Positions 43,868 to 52,938 are shown, counted from the stretch's first letter. The stretch is DNA of 64,000 nucleotides from Minisyncoccia bacterium (GCA_038256975.1 JBBSJU010000002.1:65064-129063), one strand, 5' to 3'. The notes: generated from the letters alone by a model not told the origin. Made by a program: numbers and translations.

Positions 43868-45547
43868 ATGTACATGACCCAGGAAGACGCTTTATCTATT
43901 TTAAAACTTGGACATTCTGTATTTCTGACAGGTGGCGCTGGCTCTGGTAAAACTTATGTACTAAACGAATATATTACATGGCTTAAGTCGCACGCTATTG
44001 CAACTGCTATTACTGCTTCCACTGGAATCGCCGCAACACATATCGGAGGTACTACCCTTCACTCTTGGTCTGGAATCGGAATCAAAGATCGACTCACCGA
44101 ATATGATCTTGATGAATTAGAGCAAAAGAAAAATCTATATACACGATACAAAGGCACCCAAGTGCTTGTTATTGATGAAATCTCGATGCTTCATGCTCAT
44201 CGGCTCGATATGGTTGATTTGGTTGCGCGAACTATTCGCAAAGACAGTCGTCCATTTGGTGGTATGCAGGTGGTGTTTTGTGGAGACTTCTTTCAGCTTC
44301 CTCCGGTGAGTAGAAATAAGGAAGTGAGTATAAATGATTTTGCATTTAATGCGAAAGTTTGGAAAAAACTAAATCCTGTTGTTTGTTATCTGACTACTGA
44401 GTATCGTCATACCGGAGACAATCTTTCTTTGGTTTTACGAGACATGCGTTCAGGCACTCTTGAAGATAATTTAAAACGCACACTTGTGGGTTCAACAAAA
44501 AAGAGTGTTGCTCACATTACTCATACAAAACTCTACACACACAATGAAGATGTTGACCGTATTAATAATACTGAGTACGCGCAAATATCTGACGAGGAAA
44601 AAGTTTTTGAGATGAAGACAAAAGGTAAAGCAAATCTTGTTGATAGTCTGATACAGAGTTGTCTTGCACCAGAGACTTTAAAACTTAAAATTGGCACAAG
44701 AGTTATGTTTGTAAAAAACGATCAAGGAAAGCGATATAACAACGGTACGCTCGGGGTTGTTATAAAGTTTACCAATCTTGGCTTCCCTATTGTAAAAACA
44801 GTCTCGGGGCCTGAATTGACGGTCACAGAAGATGCTTGGAGGATAGAAGAAGATGGAAAAGTGAAGGCGGAAATAAAGCAAATTCCATTGCGATATGCCT
44901 GGGCTATTACCGTGCACAAATCGCAAGGAATGACGCTTGATGCTGCCCAGATTGACCTCTCAAAGACATTCACGTTCGGAATGGGCTATGTTGCCCTTTC
45001 ACGTGTGCGAACCATAGAAGGCGTTGAGCTTTTAGGTTTCCATGATGATGCGCTCCTTATGCACCCAGAAATTTTAACTCTTGATAAAGAGCTCCATGCG
45101 AAATCTGTTCGGGCACAAAGTGCATTAGAAAAATATTCTACAGCTGAGCGTATAAAACTTCACGAGGCTTTCATTACTCGTGCTTACGGCAGTATCGAGG
45201 AGCAAGAAGAATCTCAAAGTGAACACGAAGAAAAAGTTCCTACTCGAATGATTACAAAAAAATATCTTGAAGAAAAGCTATCTCTCCAGGAGATCGCAGA
45301 AAAAAGAGACCTAACTCCAGGAACAATTATTTCCCATATTGAAGATCTGGTAAAAGAAGGAGTCAACCTTAATATAAAATATTTACTCACCCCTATTCCC
45401 CACCATAAAATAATCTCCGGAATCATTACAAAAAATCCTGAAGCAAAACTCACAGAAATTATACAACTGTGTAAATCTAAAAAAGTTGAAACTTCTTTTG
45501 AGGATATTCGATTGGTTCGTGCTTATTTAATTAGTACAAGAATCTAG
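43868..45547 (+). CDS. Pif1/RecD-like ATP-dependent DNA helicase with C-terminal HTH domain
   Basis: Walker A FLTGGAGSGKTYV, Walker B VLVIDEISML, Pif1-type motifs (WAITVHKSQG). C-terminal LSLQEIAEKRDLTPGTIISHIEDLV helix-turn-helix. The start is taken at the internal ATG 43868. Confidence 0.7.
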   Translation: MYMTQEDALSILKLGHSVFLTGGAGSGKTYVLNEYITWLKSHAIATAITASTGIAATHIGGTTLHSWSGIGIKDRLTEYDLDELEQKKNLYTRYKGTQVLVIDEISMLHAHRLDMVDLVARTIRKDSRPFGGMQVVFCGDFFQLPPVSRNKEVSINDFAFNAKVWKKLNPVVCYLTTEYRHTGDNLSLVLRDMRSGTLEDNLKRTLVGSTKKSVAHITHTKLYTHNEDVDRINNTEYAQISDEEKVFEMKTKGKANLVDSLIQSCLAPETLKLKIGTRVMFVKNDQGKRYNNGTLGVVIKFTNLGFPIVKTVSGPELTVTEDAWRIEEDGKVKAEIKQIPLRYAWAITVHKSQGMTLDAAQIDLSKTFTFGMGYVALSRVRTIEGVELLGFHDDALLMHPEILTLDKELHAKSVRAQSALEKYSTAERIKLHEAFITRAYGSIEEQEESQSEHEEKVPTRMITKKYLEEKLSLQEIAEKRDLTPGTIISHIEDLVKEGVNLNIKYLLTPIPHHKIISGIITKNPEAKLTEIIQLCKSKKVETSFEDIRLVRAYLISTRI

Positions 45548-46122
45548 TCTTCAGAGAATTGAATATTGAACTTTTTATCTTTAAGGCGCGCAGAAAGTTT
45601 TGTGATGGTTGAGAGTAAAATTGCTGCGGAGTCACCCTTGTTTTCCTTTGTGATATGAATTGAAGCAACGGGCTCTTCCCCGACTAAATATATTAGTTCC
45701 CCACATCTTCTTTTGTCGACTATTGATTTAAGTATAGACTTTTCTCTGTCTGATAATGGCGCAGATTCGAGATAACTGTAAAAAATTGGCACAGCATTTT
45801 CTTTGTTTTGTCTGCCATGTATAAACTCAACAAATCCTGTCAGTGGAAAATGTGCCTCCGTCATTTGCTTCATTTTTTTGAAAAGAGTTCTCACTGTCTC
45901 ATCTGCTGATGTTGTGTCAGCCACTCCAACAATTTCATAGTATGCTTGTTTAATTTGTTCAGATGTAGCTGAGGTGGTCTGAACAAGCCACGCTAACTCT
46001 TCAAACATTTTTTGGTCAGGAGTAAGTGGTTTTTTATCCTGTATATTTTGGATTAAACTTTCGAGCATATTTTTCTGGGACTCTCTCATTATAACGTCCA
46101 AACTAACTTTCTCAAAAGACAA
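45544..46122 (-). CDS. hypothetical protein, third gene of the EVE-DUF45 operon
   Basis: 192 aa. No recognisable domain. It begins 11 nt after the stop of the DUF45 gene. Confidence 0.45.
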   Translation of the reverse strand: MSFEKVSLDVIMRESQKNMLESLIQNIQDKKPLTPDQKMFEELAWLVQTTSATSEQIKQAYYEIVGVADTTSADETVRTLFKKMKQMTEAHFPLTGFVEFIHGRQNKENAVPIFYSYLESAPLSDREKSILKSIVDKRRCGELIYLVGEEPVASIHITKENKGDSAAILLSTITKLSARLKDKKFNIQFSED

Positions 46123-46133
46123 GAGACGGTTTG

Positions 46134-46670
46134 TTATTTAAATTTAGATATGACGTGATCTCGTGTTTCAAATCTCCGTTCTTTGTAGTCTGGAATGGTA
46201 CGAGAAACTAAATTCCAAAAACTTTTTGAGTGATTGAATTCCCCGAGATGACACAGTTCGTGCACAACAATATAATCTGCTAGGTGTTCTGGAAGCAGTG
46301 CTATTTTGTAGTTGAAATTTAAATTCCCTTTTCTTGAACAGCTCCCCCATCTTGTTTTCTGTTGTCGAATAGTTATGGCATTCCATTTGTATCCGTACTT
46401 TACATTGAAGTGCGTAAGACGTTCTTCTATAAATGTAAGTGCTTTTATTTTTAATGCAGCAATTTCTTTTCTAGAGAGTACAACCTTTGTGATTTTTGGA
46501 TATTGTTCCATCAGCTTCACTTTCTTTTGTATCCAGTTATTCTTGTCTTGAAGAAATTTTTCTACGACAGACGAATTTACGTTTTTAGGTACAGTTACTA
46601 CCACTTCCCCGCCTGGTTGGATGCGAATGCGAAGATATCGCGATGTAGGATGTATTTTTATTGTATACAT
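46134..46670 (-). CDS. DUF45 / YgjP-like zinc metallopeptidase (M48-like; UTP pyrophosphatase family)
   Basis: TRWGSCSRKGNLNFNYKIALLPEHLADYIVVHELCHLGEFNHSKSFWNLV is the diagnostic WGSCS...HELCHL...H block. Confidence 0.75.
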   Translation of the reverse strand: MYTIKIHPTSRYLRIRIQPGGEVVVTVPKNVNSSVVEKFLQDKNNWIQKKVKLMEQYPKITKVVLSRKEIAALKIKALTFIEERLTHFNVKYGYKWNAITIRQQKTRWGSCSRKGNLNFNYKIALLPEHLADYIVVHELCHLGEFNHSKSFWNLVSRTIPDYKERRFETRDHVISKFK

Positions 46671-46671
46671 C

Positions 46672-47148
46672 TTATGTATTTCCTAAATCAATGATTCGAT
46701 TAAAATGAGCAGAGCTTACTGATTGAATTGAAAGTCGAGACCCTTTCCGCGCCAACATGATTCCTGCTAACTTGTGGTCCCTCTTTATTTCTTCCAATGA
46801 TACTGCTCGTGCAAGTTTTTTGACGAATGCAAAATCTACACATTCCCAGATAGGTTTTTCTTTTGTTGATTTTGAATCAAAGTGTTCATCCTTGGGATTA
46901 AGAGCACTTGCATCTGGGTGTGACTTGCTTACCACTTTTGCTATGCCGTAGACTCCTGTAAGTTTGGTGCTTGAGTGATAAAAGAGGGCTAAATCCCCCA
47001 CTTTCATTTGATCTCGCATATAGTTGCGGGCTTGGTAGTTTCGCACGCCGTTCCAAGGGGTTTTCTTGTCTTTCTTAAGATCGTCTATGGAATAGCAATC
47101 AGGTTCGCTTTTGATAAGCCAGTGGTTCATAGAGTATTTGACAATCAT
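46672..47148 (-). CDS. EVE (PUA-like) domain protein
   Basis: MNHWLIKSEPDCYSIDDL... is the EVE N-terminal consensus. The true start may be the Met at 47130. The stop abuts the DUF45 start. Confidence 0.7.
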   Translation of the reverse strand: MIVKYSMNHWLIKSEPDCYSIDDLKKDKKTPWNGVRNYQARNYMRDQMKVGDLALFYHSSTKLTGVYGIAKVVSKSHPDASALNPKDEHFDSKSTKEKPIWECVDFAFVKKLARAVSLEEIKRDHKLAGIMLARKGSRLSIQSVSSAHFNRIIDLGNT

Positions 47149-47187
47149 ATCATTGAGGGTTGCCTATTGACGCACTATGATTATGAT

Positions 47188-47215
47188 TTGACAGAGCAAT
47201 TAATTAATGTAATAT
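47188..47215 (+). promoter_or_regulatory. promoter TTGACA-16-TAATAT driving candidate ncRNA 1
   Basis: TTGACA 47188-47193, 16-nt spacer, TAATAT 47210-47215. Confidence 0.55.
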
Positions 47216-47221
47216 GATATC

Positions 47222-47545
47222 CAGCTAGTTGATGGGTAAACATTCTTGGTGCAGATGCTTGGTCAGAAGATCGAGAGTAGCTGCGAGTTCAGGGGAAGTC
47301 ACAATGGACTCCTCACAACTCAGCCAGTCGTAGAGGTTTACTATCGAAGTTGGCGGAATCCGCTTCGGAGTGGGATGAAGTAGGTGTTTAAGGTTTGCCC
47401 CATGCAGCCTAAGACGCCGAAATAACATTTGGAGGAAACATGCACCGGGCTTGCGCACTTTGTCGCTTGGCGGGAATTGTTAACATTCGCCCTGATACTA
47501 GCTGCTCCACGCCGCCGTGCTCACACTCGGCGGATTTTCATTTTC
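47222..47545 (+). ncRNA. candidate structured sRNA 1 (about 320 nt, GC-richer than surroundings), class unknown
   Basis: Bounded by the promoter above and an intrinsic terminator. The ends pair (CAGCTAGT at 47226 with ACTAGCTG at about 47497). Internal hairpins include CGAAG..CTTCG. No convincing ORF with an RBS. Confidence 0.4.
47512..47545 (+). terminator. intrinsic terminator of candidate ncRNA 1
   Basis: CCGCCG tgctcacact CGGCGG, then ATTTTCATTTT. Confidence 0.6.
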
Positions 47546-47553
47546 CGAGAATG

Positions 47554-47582
47554 TTGACAGTTTGTTATGCATGATGTACTCT
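47554..47582 (+). promoter_or_regulatory. promoter TTGACA-17-TACTCT driving candidate ncRNA 2
   Basis: TTGACA 47554-47559. The -10 hexamer is weak. Confidence 0.4.
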
Positions 47583-47587
47583 AATCT

Positions 47588-47855
47588 TTGGTTGATTCAG
47601 GTAGAGCATTCGCACTATTGCCCGGGGGCAATACGTTTAGTTAAGTCGTGTTCATACCGATTCGAATGGGATGTATACACCATGGTCGATAGAGCGGTTG
47701 AGATCCCTCTGGGCTTTCCTGCAAATATCCCATGAGACCAGCGTGCGCGCGAAGTTGCGCTGCAAAGGTTTGTGTCCATTCACCTGAATCAACCTTCTTT
47801 TCTTTGGTAGTGGGAACTGCCTTGCCTCGCTGCTGACCACAGCGAGGCTTTTTTA
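47588..47855 (+). ncRNA. candidate structured sRNA 2 (about 270 nt) with a 13-bp terminal closing stem, class unknown
   Basis: GGTTGATTCAGGT (47590-47602) pairs with ACCTGAATCAACC (47782-47794). Internal hairpins include TATTGCCCGGGGGCAATA. It shares the 5' motif ATTCAGGYAGAGCAT with candidate 3. It ends with the terminator at 47824-47855. Confidence 0.45.
47824..47855 (+). terminator. intrinsic terminator of candidate ncRNA 2
   Basis: CCTCGCTG ctgaccac AGCGAGG, then CTTTTTT. Confidence 0.65.
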
Positions 47856-47884
47856 TTGACGTAAAAGAAAAAAGTCGATAGTAT
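47856..47884 (+). promoter_or_regulatory. promoter TTGACG-17-TAGTAT driving candidate ncRNA 3
   Basis: TTGACG 47856-47861, 17-nt spacer, TAGTAT 47879-47884. Confidence 0.5.
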
Positions 47885-47890
47885 ATGACT

Positions 47891-48054
47891 ATTCAGGCAG
47901 AGCATGTGGTTGAAGTAGCGCGCGTACCTCCCCCGGTTCGCCACGTATTCCCCACATGGAACCCTTGTGAAGATTATCAGGGGTTCGCCTGAACCTCATC
48001 TTGCATACTATTGATGGCCTTATCTTCCTCGGGTCATCCCCGCCCGAATCAGGG
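47891..48054 (+). ncRNA. candidate structured sRNA 3 (about 165 nt), class unknown
   Basis: Starts ATTCAGGCAGAGCAT. Internal pairings (CATGTGG/CCACATG; TTCAGGC/GCCTGAA). Ends with the terminator CCGCCC gaatca GGGCGG TTTTTT (48030-48053). Confidence 0.45.
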
Positions 48055-48081
48055 CGGTTTTTTATTGTATTGTGAAATCTT

Positions 48082-48483
48082 TTAGAGTGTAAACAGTAAT
48101 TCAAAGTTAGTTTTAATTCCCGCTTCTTCGGCAGTGCCTTCGTCCACACTTCTTTTCTTGAGAATCATTTTTCCATTTTCTTTAAATACACCAATTTCAG
48201 TTCCGCCTCCTGCCCACCAGCAAAGAATTCCAGATAATTCTCCAGCTTCAAGTTCTGTGGGTTGTACAGAAGCACAGGTTCCATCATGCGTACCCGCATC
48301 AGAGTCTTTTCCATTGACACTAACGGTTACTTTTGTTTGCGGAGGATTCACTCCTTCGGCTTCTTTTGTTTCAAATGACCAGGTAATTGCAATAGGTGCG
48401 GGGTTTTGTTTTTGTTGATAATTGAAGCATAAATAAATACTTGCGATGACAACTAGGAGAATGACGGTTGCTTGTTTGTACAT
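48082..48483 (-). CDS. hypothetical secreted/membrane-anchored protein
   Basis: 133 aa with an N-terminal hydrophobic helix (ATVILLVVIASIYLCF). Confidence 0.4.
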   Translation of the reverse strand: MYKQATVILLVVIASIYLCFNYQQKQNPAPIAITWSFETKEAEGVNPPQTKVTVSVNGKDSDAGTHDGTCASVQPTELEAGELSGILCWWAGGGTEIGVFKENGKMILKKRSVDEGTAEEAGIKTNFELLFTL

Positions 48484-48584
48484 ATACTAAACTATAGCGT
48501 AGTTGGGTCGATAAGGTAAAGAAATAAATATAAAAACTCGCGGCCACTGTGGACCGCGAGCACACTCACCCCGAAAAGGAGGCC

Positions 48585-48989
48585 TTATTCGAGTTTTTTG
48601 TAATCTTGGCACTGTACATACAACTCATCGCAACGTGCCAAAATTCGAAGAAACGTCGGGTCTTCTCGAAGTCCCGACAGAATGCGGATAACTGGGACCA
48701 TCAAGGGTGGTCCATGAGAAATTTCCAGCTCCGCAAAATCGTCCGTTGACATCTGTTTTTTTCGATGGATGCCGACTGAAGTAGTCAGGCCATCCTTCAT
48801 CCAGCGAATACTCCCTGTTTCGCTAAATGACCCCATGAATAGGGCGTTAGGCACTTTCAGGGACAGCCTTCCAACCAACTCTAGAAACAACGCATTAGGT
48901 ATCTCGTGGGCGTTCACTATTAGCTCCTTCTCACCCCAAGCCAATCTTGGGTACAGGAGTAACATACCACATATATATGCACAGGTCAA
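48585..48989 (-). CDS. hypothetical protein
   Basis: 134-aa ORF. No family recognised. Confidence 0.3.
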   Translation of the reverse strand: MTCAYICGMLLLYPRLAWGEKELIVNAHEIPNALFLELVGRLSLKVPNALFMGSFSETGSIRWMKDGLTTSVGIHRKKQMSTDDFAELEISHGPPLMVPVIRILSGLREDPTFLRILARCDELYVQCQDYKKLE

Positions 48990-49012
48990 TAGTCACTTGA
49001 TTTTGGTCTGGT

Positions 49013-49927
49013 TTAGATAATTTTAGTCACTCGTCCACTCACCTTTGGAAATTCACCTTGAGTATTGTTGCATTCTTTGCAGTACACCATGCCATCATAT
49101 TTTGAAATACAATCATCACAACAAATAAATTGAAGATGACATTCATCGTCGGCACAGTTCTCTACTCGTTCAGTAGTGTTTAAACAGATTGAGCACTTCC
49201 CTATTACGTCGCGTTCACCAGGCTTACAAAAATCCATTTTCTTTCGTTTATCAAATACATATAGAGTTCCTTCAAAATCTTTTCCAGGATACTTTTCCAT
49301 GTAGCTTACAATTCCACCATCTAGTTGGTAGACATCTTTAAAACCCTGCGTCTTTAAATATTGAGATGCTTTTTCACATCGTACACCGCCAGTACATACC
49401 GTAAGCACGGTTTCATTTTTATGGACTTTTAATTTTTCAAGTGATGCAGGTAAATCACGAAAGTTCATCGTTTCTGGATCAACAGAATCTTTGAATGTTC
49501 CAACGCCAATCTCGTATGAATTACGCATGTCTATAACCTTGAAACTTTTTCCTTCACGATACCAAGTATGTAATTCTTCTGGTTTGAGATGTGTCGCGGT
49601 TTCTTTTTGAGGGTTAAGTTCTACGTCGGTAATTTTAGTGGTTACTATTTCTGGGCGTACTTTTATAGAAAGGCGCGGAAAGGTGTCTTCTGGACCGGAG
49701 CTCTTTTTCCAATGAATATCGGTAAAATGTGGAATCTTTTTCATCTCCTCGATGTACTGCTCCGTTGCTTCTTTGGTCCCGCCTACGGTACCATTTATGC
49801 CTTCGTGCGCGACAATGATACGTCCTTTCAGGTTAAGGCGTTCACAAAGCTCTCTCTGGGCATTTTTAAGAGCCTCAGGATCAGTGATGGTTGCGTATTT
49901 GTAATACAGTAAAATTTGGAAATCCAT
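49013..49927 (-). CDS. trhO: rhodanese-domain tRNA uridine(34) hydroxylase (YceA/TrhO, UPF0176)
   Basis: YYKYATITDPE N-terminus, rhodanese active-site CTGGVRCEKAS, C-terminal Cys-rich tail. Confidence 0.8.
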   Translation of the reverse strand: MDFQILLYYKYATITDPEALKNAQRELCERLNLKGRIIVAHEGINGTVGGTKEATEQYIEEMKKIPHFTDIHWKKSSGPEDTFPRLSIKVRPEIVTTKITDVELNPQKETATHLKPEELHTWYREGKSFKVIDMRNSYEIGVGTFKDSVDPETMNFRDLPASLEKLKVHKNETVLTVCTGGVRCEKASQYLKTQGFKDVYQLDGGIVSYMEKYPGKDFEGTLYVFDKRKKMDFCKPGERDVIGKCSICLNTTERVENCADDECHLQFICCDDCISKYDGMVYCKECNNTQGEFPKVSGRVTKII

Positions 49928-49966
49928 ATCAACAGCTTATCCAGAAATATAGCAAAAAAGTAAAAA

Positions 49967-51370
49967 TTGCCCAAAAATGGGTGTGCTAGTATTGGATACA
50001 TGCGAGGCACTACTCCGTTTGTTGATAGAATTCCACCACAAGATTTGGAGGCTGAAAAAGCGTTACTTGGTTCTATTATGCTTCGACCGGATGTGGTGTT
50101 TGATGTGCTCGATAGTGTTGAAGCGGAATCTTTTTATTCTGAACGTCACCGTGTTATTTTCAAAGCGATGTTTGAGCTTGCATCTAAGCGTGAACCAATT
50201 GATCTCCTTACAGTGACTACAAAACTTCGCGAGCAAAAAGAACTTGAAGGCATTGGCGGTACTCCATACGTAAGCGAACTTTTAAATACCGTTCCTTCAG
50301 CTACAAATGTGGATTATTATGCTGAGATTGTTCGCAAGAAGGCAGTTTTGAGAAACCTTATCAATGCTTCTCATCATATTGGCGAACTCGCCTACAGTGA
50401 AGAAAAACAACTTGAGCATGTACTTGAAGAAGCCGAGAAGCGAATGTACAACATTACAAATATTTCCAAGGGTCAGAAGTTGGAAAAAATTGAAGATCTT
50501 CTTGATGACGCATGGGATCGCTTTGAGAAACTTCAACAATCAGGACAACAAACACGTGGCGTACCAACAGGGTTTGCTGAAATTGATAATAAGCTTTCTG
50601 GTTTTCAAAAAGCAGACTTAATTATTCTTGCCGCTCGCCCTTCCGTTGGTAAAACCTCTCTTGCGCTCGACTTTGCCCGACATGCTGCGGTAAAAGAAAA
50701 TATCCCCGTGGCCATCTTTTCGTTAGAAATGAGCAAACAGCAACTTGTTGATCGTATGGTCTCTGCGGAGTCGCACGTAGACTCATGGAAGTTGCGCACA
50801 GGCCGTCTTTCTTTGGATGAAGACTTTACACGGCTCCAAGAAGCGATTGCTCGTCTTGCGAAGGCTCCTATCACTATTGATGATCAGGCTGGTAACTCTA
50901 TTATGCGCATGCGAAGCGTGATGCGGAGATATAATTCTCAACACCCCGATGCCCCTATTGGACTTGTTGTTGTGGACTACTTACAGCTTATGACGACTGC
51001 TAAAAATTACGATAACTTAGTAAATCAGGTTACGGAAATTTCTCGATCATTGAAAGGCTTAGCGAAAGAGTTTGATGTGCCTGTGATTGCCCTCTCACAG
51101 CTTTCTCGTGCTGTAGAAGCTCGTGGTGGTAAACCTCGACTCTCTGACCTTCGTGATTCTGGTTCCATTGAACAAGATGCTGACGTTGTTGCCTTTATTC
51201 ACCGTGAAGACAAGTATCAAGATAACCCAGAAAAGCCAAACATCGTGGAAATTTTAATTGAAAAACATCGAAATGGTCCAACAGGAAAAGTTGAATTATA
51301 CTTCGATGATAAGAAGACAAGTTTCTTGAGTATAGAAAAAAGCGACTTCACTGCGGGTGCTTCATTTTAA
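49967..51370 (+). CDS. dnaB: replicative DNA helicase
   Basis: N-terminal IPPQDLEAEKALLGSIML, Walker A ARPSVGKTSLAL, RecA-like C-domain. The start may be the Met at 50000. Confidence 0.85.
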   Translation: MPKNGCASIGYMRGTTPFVDRIPPQDLEAEKALLGSIMLRPDVVFDVLDSVEAESFYSERHRVIFKAMFELASKREPIDLLTVTTKLREQKELEGIGGTPYVSELLNTVPSATNVDYYAEIVRKKAVLRNLINASHHIGELAYSEEKQLEHVLEEAEKRMYNITNISKGQKLEKIEDLLDDAWDRFEKLQQSGQQTRGVPTGFAEIDNKLSGFQKADLIILAARPSVGKTSLALDFARHAAVKENIPVAIFSLEMSKQQLVDRMVSAESHVDSWKLRTGRLSLDEDFTRLQEAIARLAKAPITIDDQAGNSIMRMRSVMRRYNSQHPDAPIGLVVVDYLQLMTTAKNYDNLVNQVTEISRSLKGLAKEFDVPVIALSQLSRAVEARGGKPRLSDLRDSGSIEQDADVVAFIHREDKYQDNPEKPNIVEILIEKHRNGPTGKVELYFDDKKTSFLSIEKSDFTAGASF

Positions 51371-51373
51371 TCT

Positions 51374-51982
51374 ATGGATCCTATTGAAAAATTATCAGAA
51401 GAGTTCACAAAGTTTCCTGGTATTGGGCCACGTCAAGCGCGACGTTTTGCCTACTATATTCTGTCACAATCAAAAGAGTCTCATGAATCTATTGTCAGCG
51501 CTATGAGTGTATTACGAAGAGATGTTGCGCAATGCCCATCGTGCTTCGTGTATTTTACTCGGCGTAATAATGAGGCCGAGTGTTCTGAATGTCGAGATCC
51601 TCGGAGGAATAAAACTACGCTACTTGTTGTTGAAAAGGACATTGATTTACAGACCATTGAAAAAAGTCGAGTTTATGACGGCCTTTATTTTGTACTCGGT
51701 GGGAGTGTCCCATTACACGAACAAACTCCATCATCAAAGGTTCGTATTCAAGAGTTAGTTCGTCGGGTTAAAAAACTTGCTGAAACTGGTTTGCAAGAAG
51801 TTGTTGTTGCTCTCGCTGCAACACAAGAAGGTGACCACACATACAAGTATATTCAAACCATTCTTGGGCAATTAGTCCCAGCTATCAAAGTGAGCATTCT
51901 TGGACGAGGACTTTCTACTGGTACGGAGATAGAGTATGCCGATCCGAGTACCCTTTCACAAGCTCTCTCAAATAGAAAATAA
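51374..51982 (+). CDS. recR: recombination protein RecR
   Basis: FPGIGPRQARRFAYYIL HhH, C4 zinc finger CPSCF...CSEC, Toprim domain. Confidence 0.9.
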   Translation: MDPIEKLSEEFTKFPGIGPRQARRFAYYILSQSKESHESIVSAMSVLRRDVAQCPSCFVYFTRRNNEAECSECRDPRRNKTTLLVVEKDIDLQTIEKSRVYDGLYFVLGGSVPLHEQTPSSKVRIQELVRRVKKLAETGLQEVVVALAATQEGDHTYKYIQTILGQLVPAIKVSILGRGLSTGTEIEYADPSTLSQALSNRK

Positions 51983-52012
51983 AAATCCCGCAAGCTGCGG
52001 GATTTTTATTAT
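51982..52012. terminator. bidirectional terminator between recR and rplU
   Basis: AAAATCCCGCA agc TGCGGGATTTT. Confidence 0.65.
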
Positions 52013-52323
52013 TTGATTGAGTCAATTTTTACTTTTACGAAAAGTTGTCGATGACCATTCTTCTTTTGGTATCGGCTTTTAGCTCGATATTTTAAAACGA
52101 TAACTTTGTCAGCTCGCCCAATTTCCTCTACCGTTGCTTCAACCTTTGCTCCCTTCACGTACGGCGCGCCAATAGCTGTAGTAGATCCGTCTACGAGAAG
52201 TACTTTGTCAAAAGTTACTTTATCCCCCACTTTTTGGGTATCTGAAAGCTTCTCAATTTTAATAGAGGTGCCTGGGGCAACCTTGTATTGCTTTCCGCCT
52301 GTTTCGATTACTGCAATTTCCAT
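52009..52323 (-). CDS. rplU: 50S ribosomal protein L21
   Basis: MEIAVIETGGKQYKV...KVLLV...GHRQ. Confidence 0.85.
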   Translation of the reverse strand: MEIAVIETGGKQYKVAPGTSIKIEKLSDTQKVGDKVTFDKVLLVDGSTTAIGAPYVKGAKVEATVEEIGRADKVIVLKYRAKSRYQKKNGHRQLFVKVKIDSIK

Positions 52324-52428
52324 AAGTACCTATAATACCTTATTTTTTGCCTTTTGCAAGAGTTCTTGCCTTTGACAAAAGCCTGTCGATTTGTAGTAAT
52401 TAGAGTATTGCAGACAGAGGGGAATTTC

Positions 52429-52938
52429 ATGGAGACAAAACAAAAGAGTCTTCTCGTTCTGGACTTTCAAAACTTGTGGCGAACTATGGGCAAGAAGCTA
52501 CCGCTTGCTGAGGTAAGGAATAAAATTGAGGCCAAGCAGCATGCGCACGTCTCAATGGCAACAATCTTTCTCGCTCAGTATTTCGTAGCGGAGAGAGGTA
52601 GTGTTTGGGAGAGAAAGCTTTACGAAGATGCTGAACGGTTTGGTTTTGAGGTGAGGGTTGTTCCTCGTCCTTCTGTTTGTCAGGAAATGGATTTTGTTGA
52701 TATTGCAATAATGGATTATTGCAGACAGAAAGCGCCGGAAATCAAGTCTTTGATTATTGGGACGGGTGATGGAGACTTTAAACCAATTTTCATTGACCTG
52801 CGCGCACGCGGGATTGAAGTTTCATTGGCGTATTACGATATGCCCAGCATCAATCTTTTACGAGTTGCAAGCCATCATTTTCAGCTTAAGGCTGGATGCA
52901 TGTGTCAAAATAGGAAGCGTTTTTTGTCTGGACGTTAA
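52429..52938 (+). CDS. NYN-domain (LabA-like) protein
   Basis: VDIAIMDY...LIIGTGDGDFKPIFIDLRARGIEV matches the NYN/LabA core. The start is taken at METKQKSLLVLDF. Confidence 0.55.
   Translation: METKQKSLLVLDFQNLWRTMGKKLPLAEVRNKIEAKQHAHVSMATIFLAQYFVAERGSVWERKLYEDAERFGFEVRVVPRPSVCQEMDFVDIAIMDYCRQKAPEIKSLIIGTGDGDFKPIFIDLRARGIEVSLAYYDMPSINLLRVASHHFQLKAGCMCQNRKRFLSGR

Noticed and set aside
47225-47458. 77-aa minus-strand ORF inside candidate sRNA 1
   Set aside because: No RBS. It runs antisense through a promoter-terminator-bounded unit, and its composition follows the local GC bias. It is more likely a chance ORF.
47222-48054. Identification of the three sRNA candidates as RNase P RNA, SRP (4.5S) RNA, tmRNA or 6S RNA
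   Set aside because: I searched by eye for their hallmarks: GGAAAGUCC and ACAGAA..GGCUUA for RNase P; GGAAGCAG and a GNRA helix-8 loop for SRP; a tRNA-like 3' end and tag ORF for tmRNA. None is convincingly present. Unit 2's long closing stem is 6S-like, but that alone is not diagnostic. I left them as unclassified candidates.
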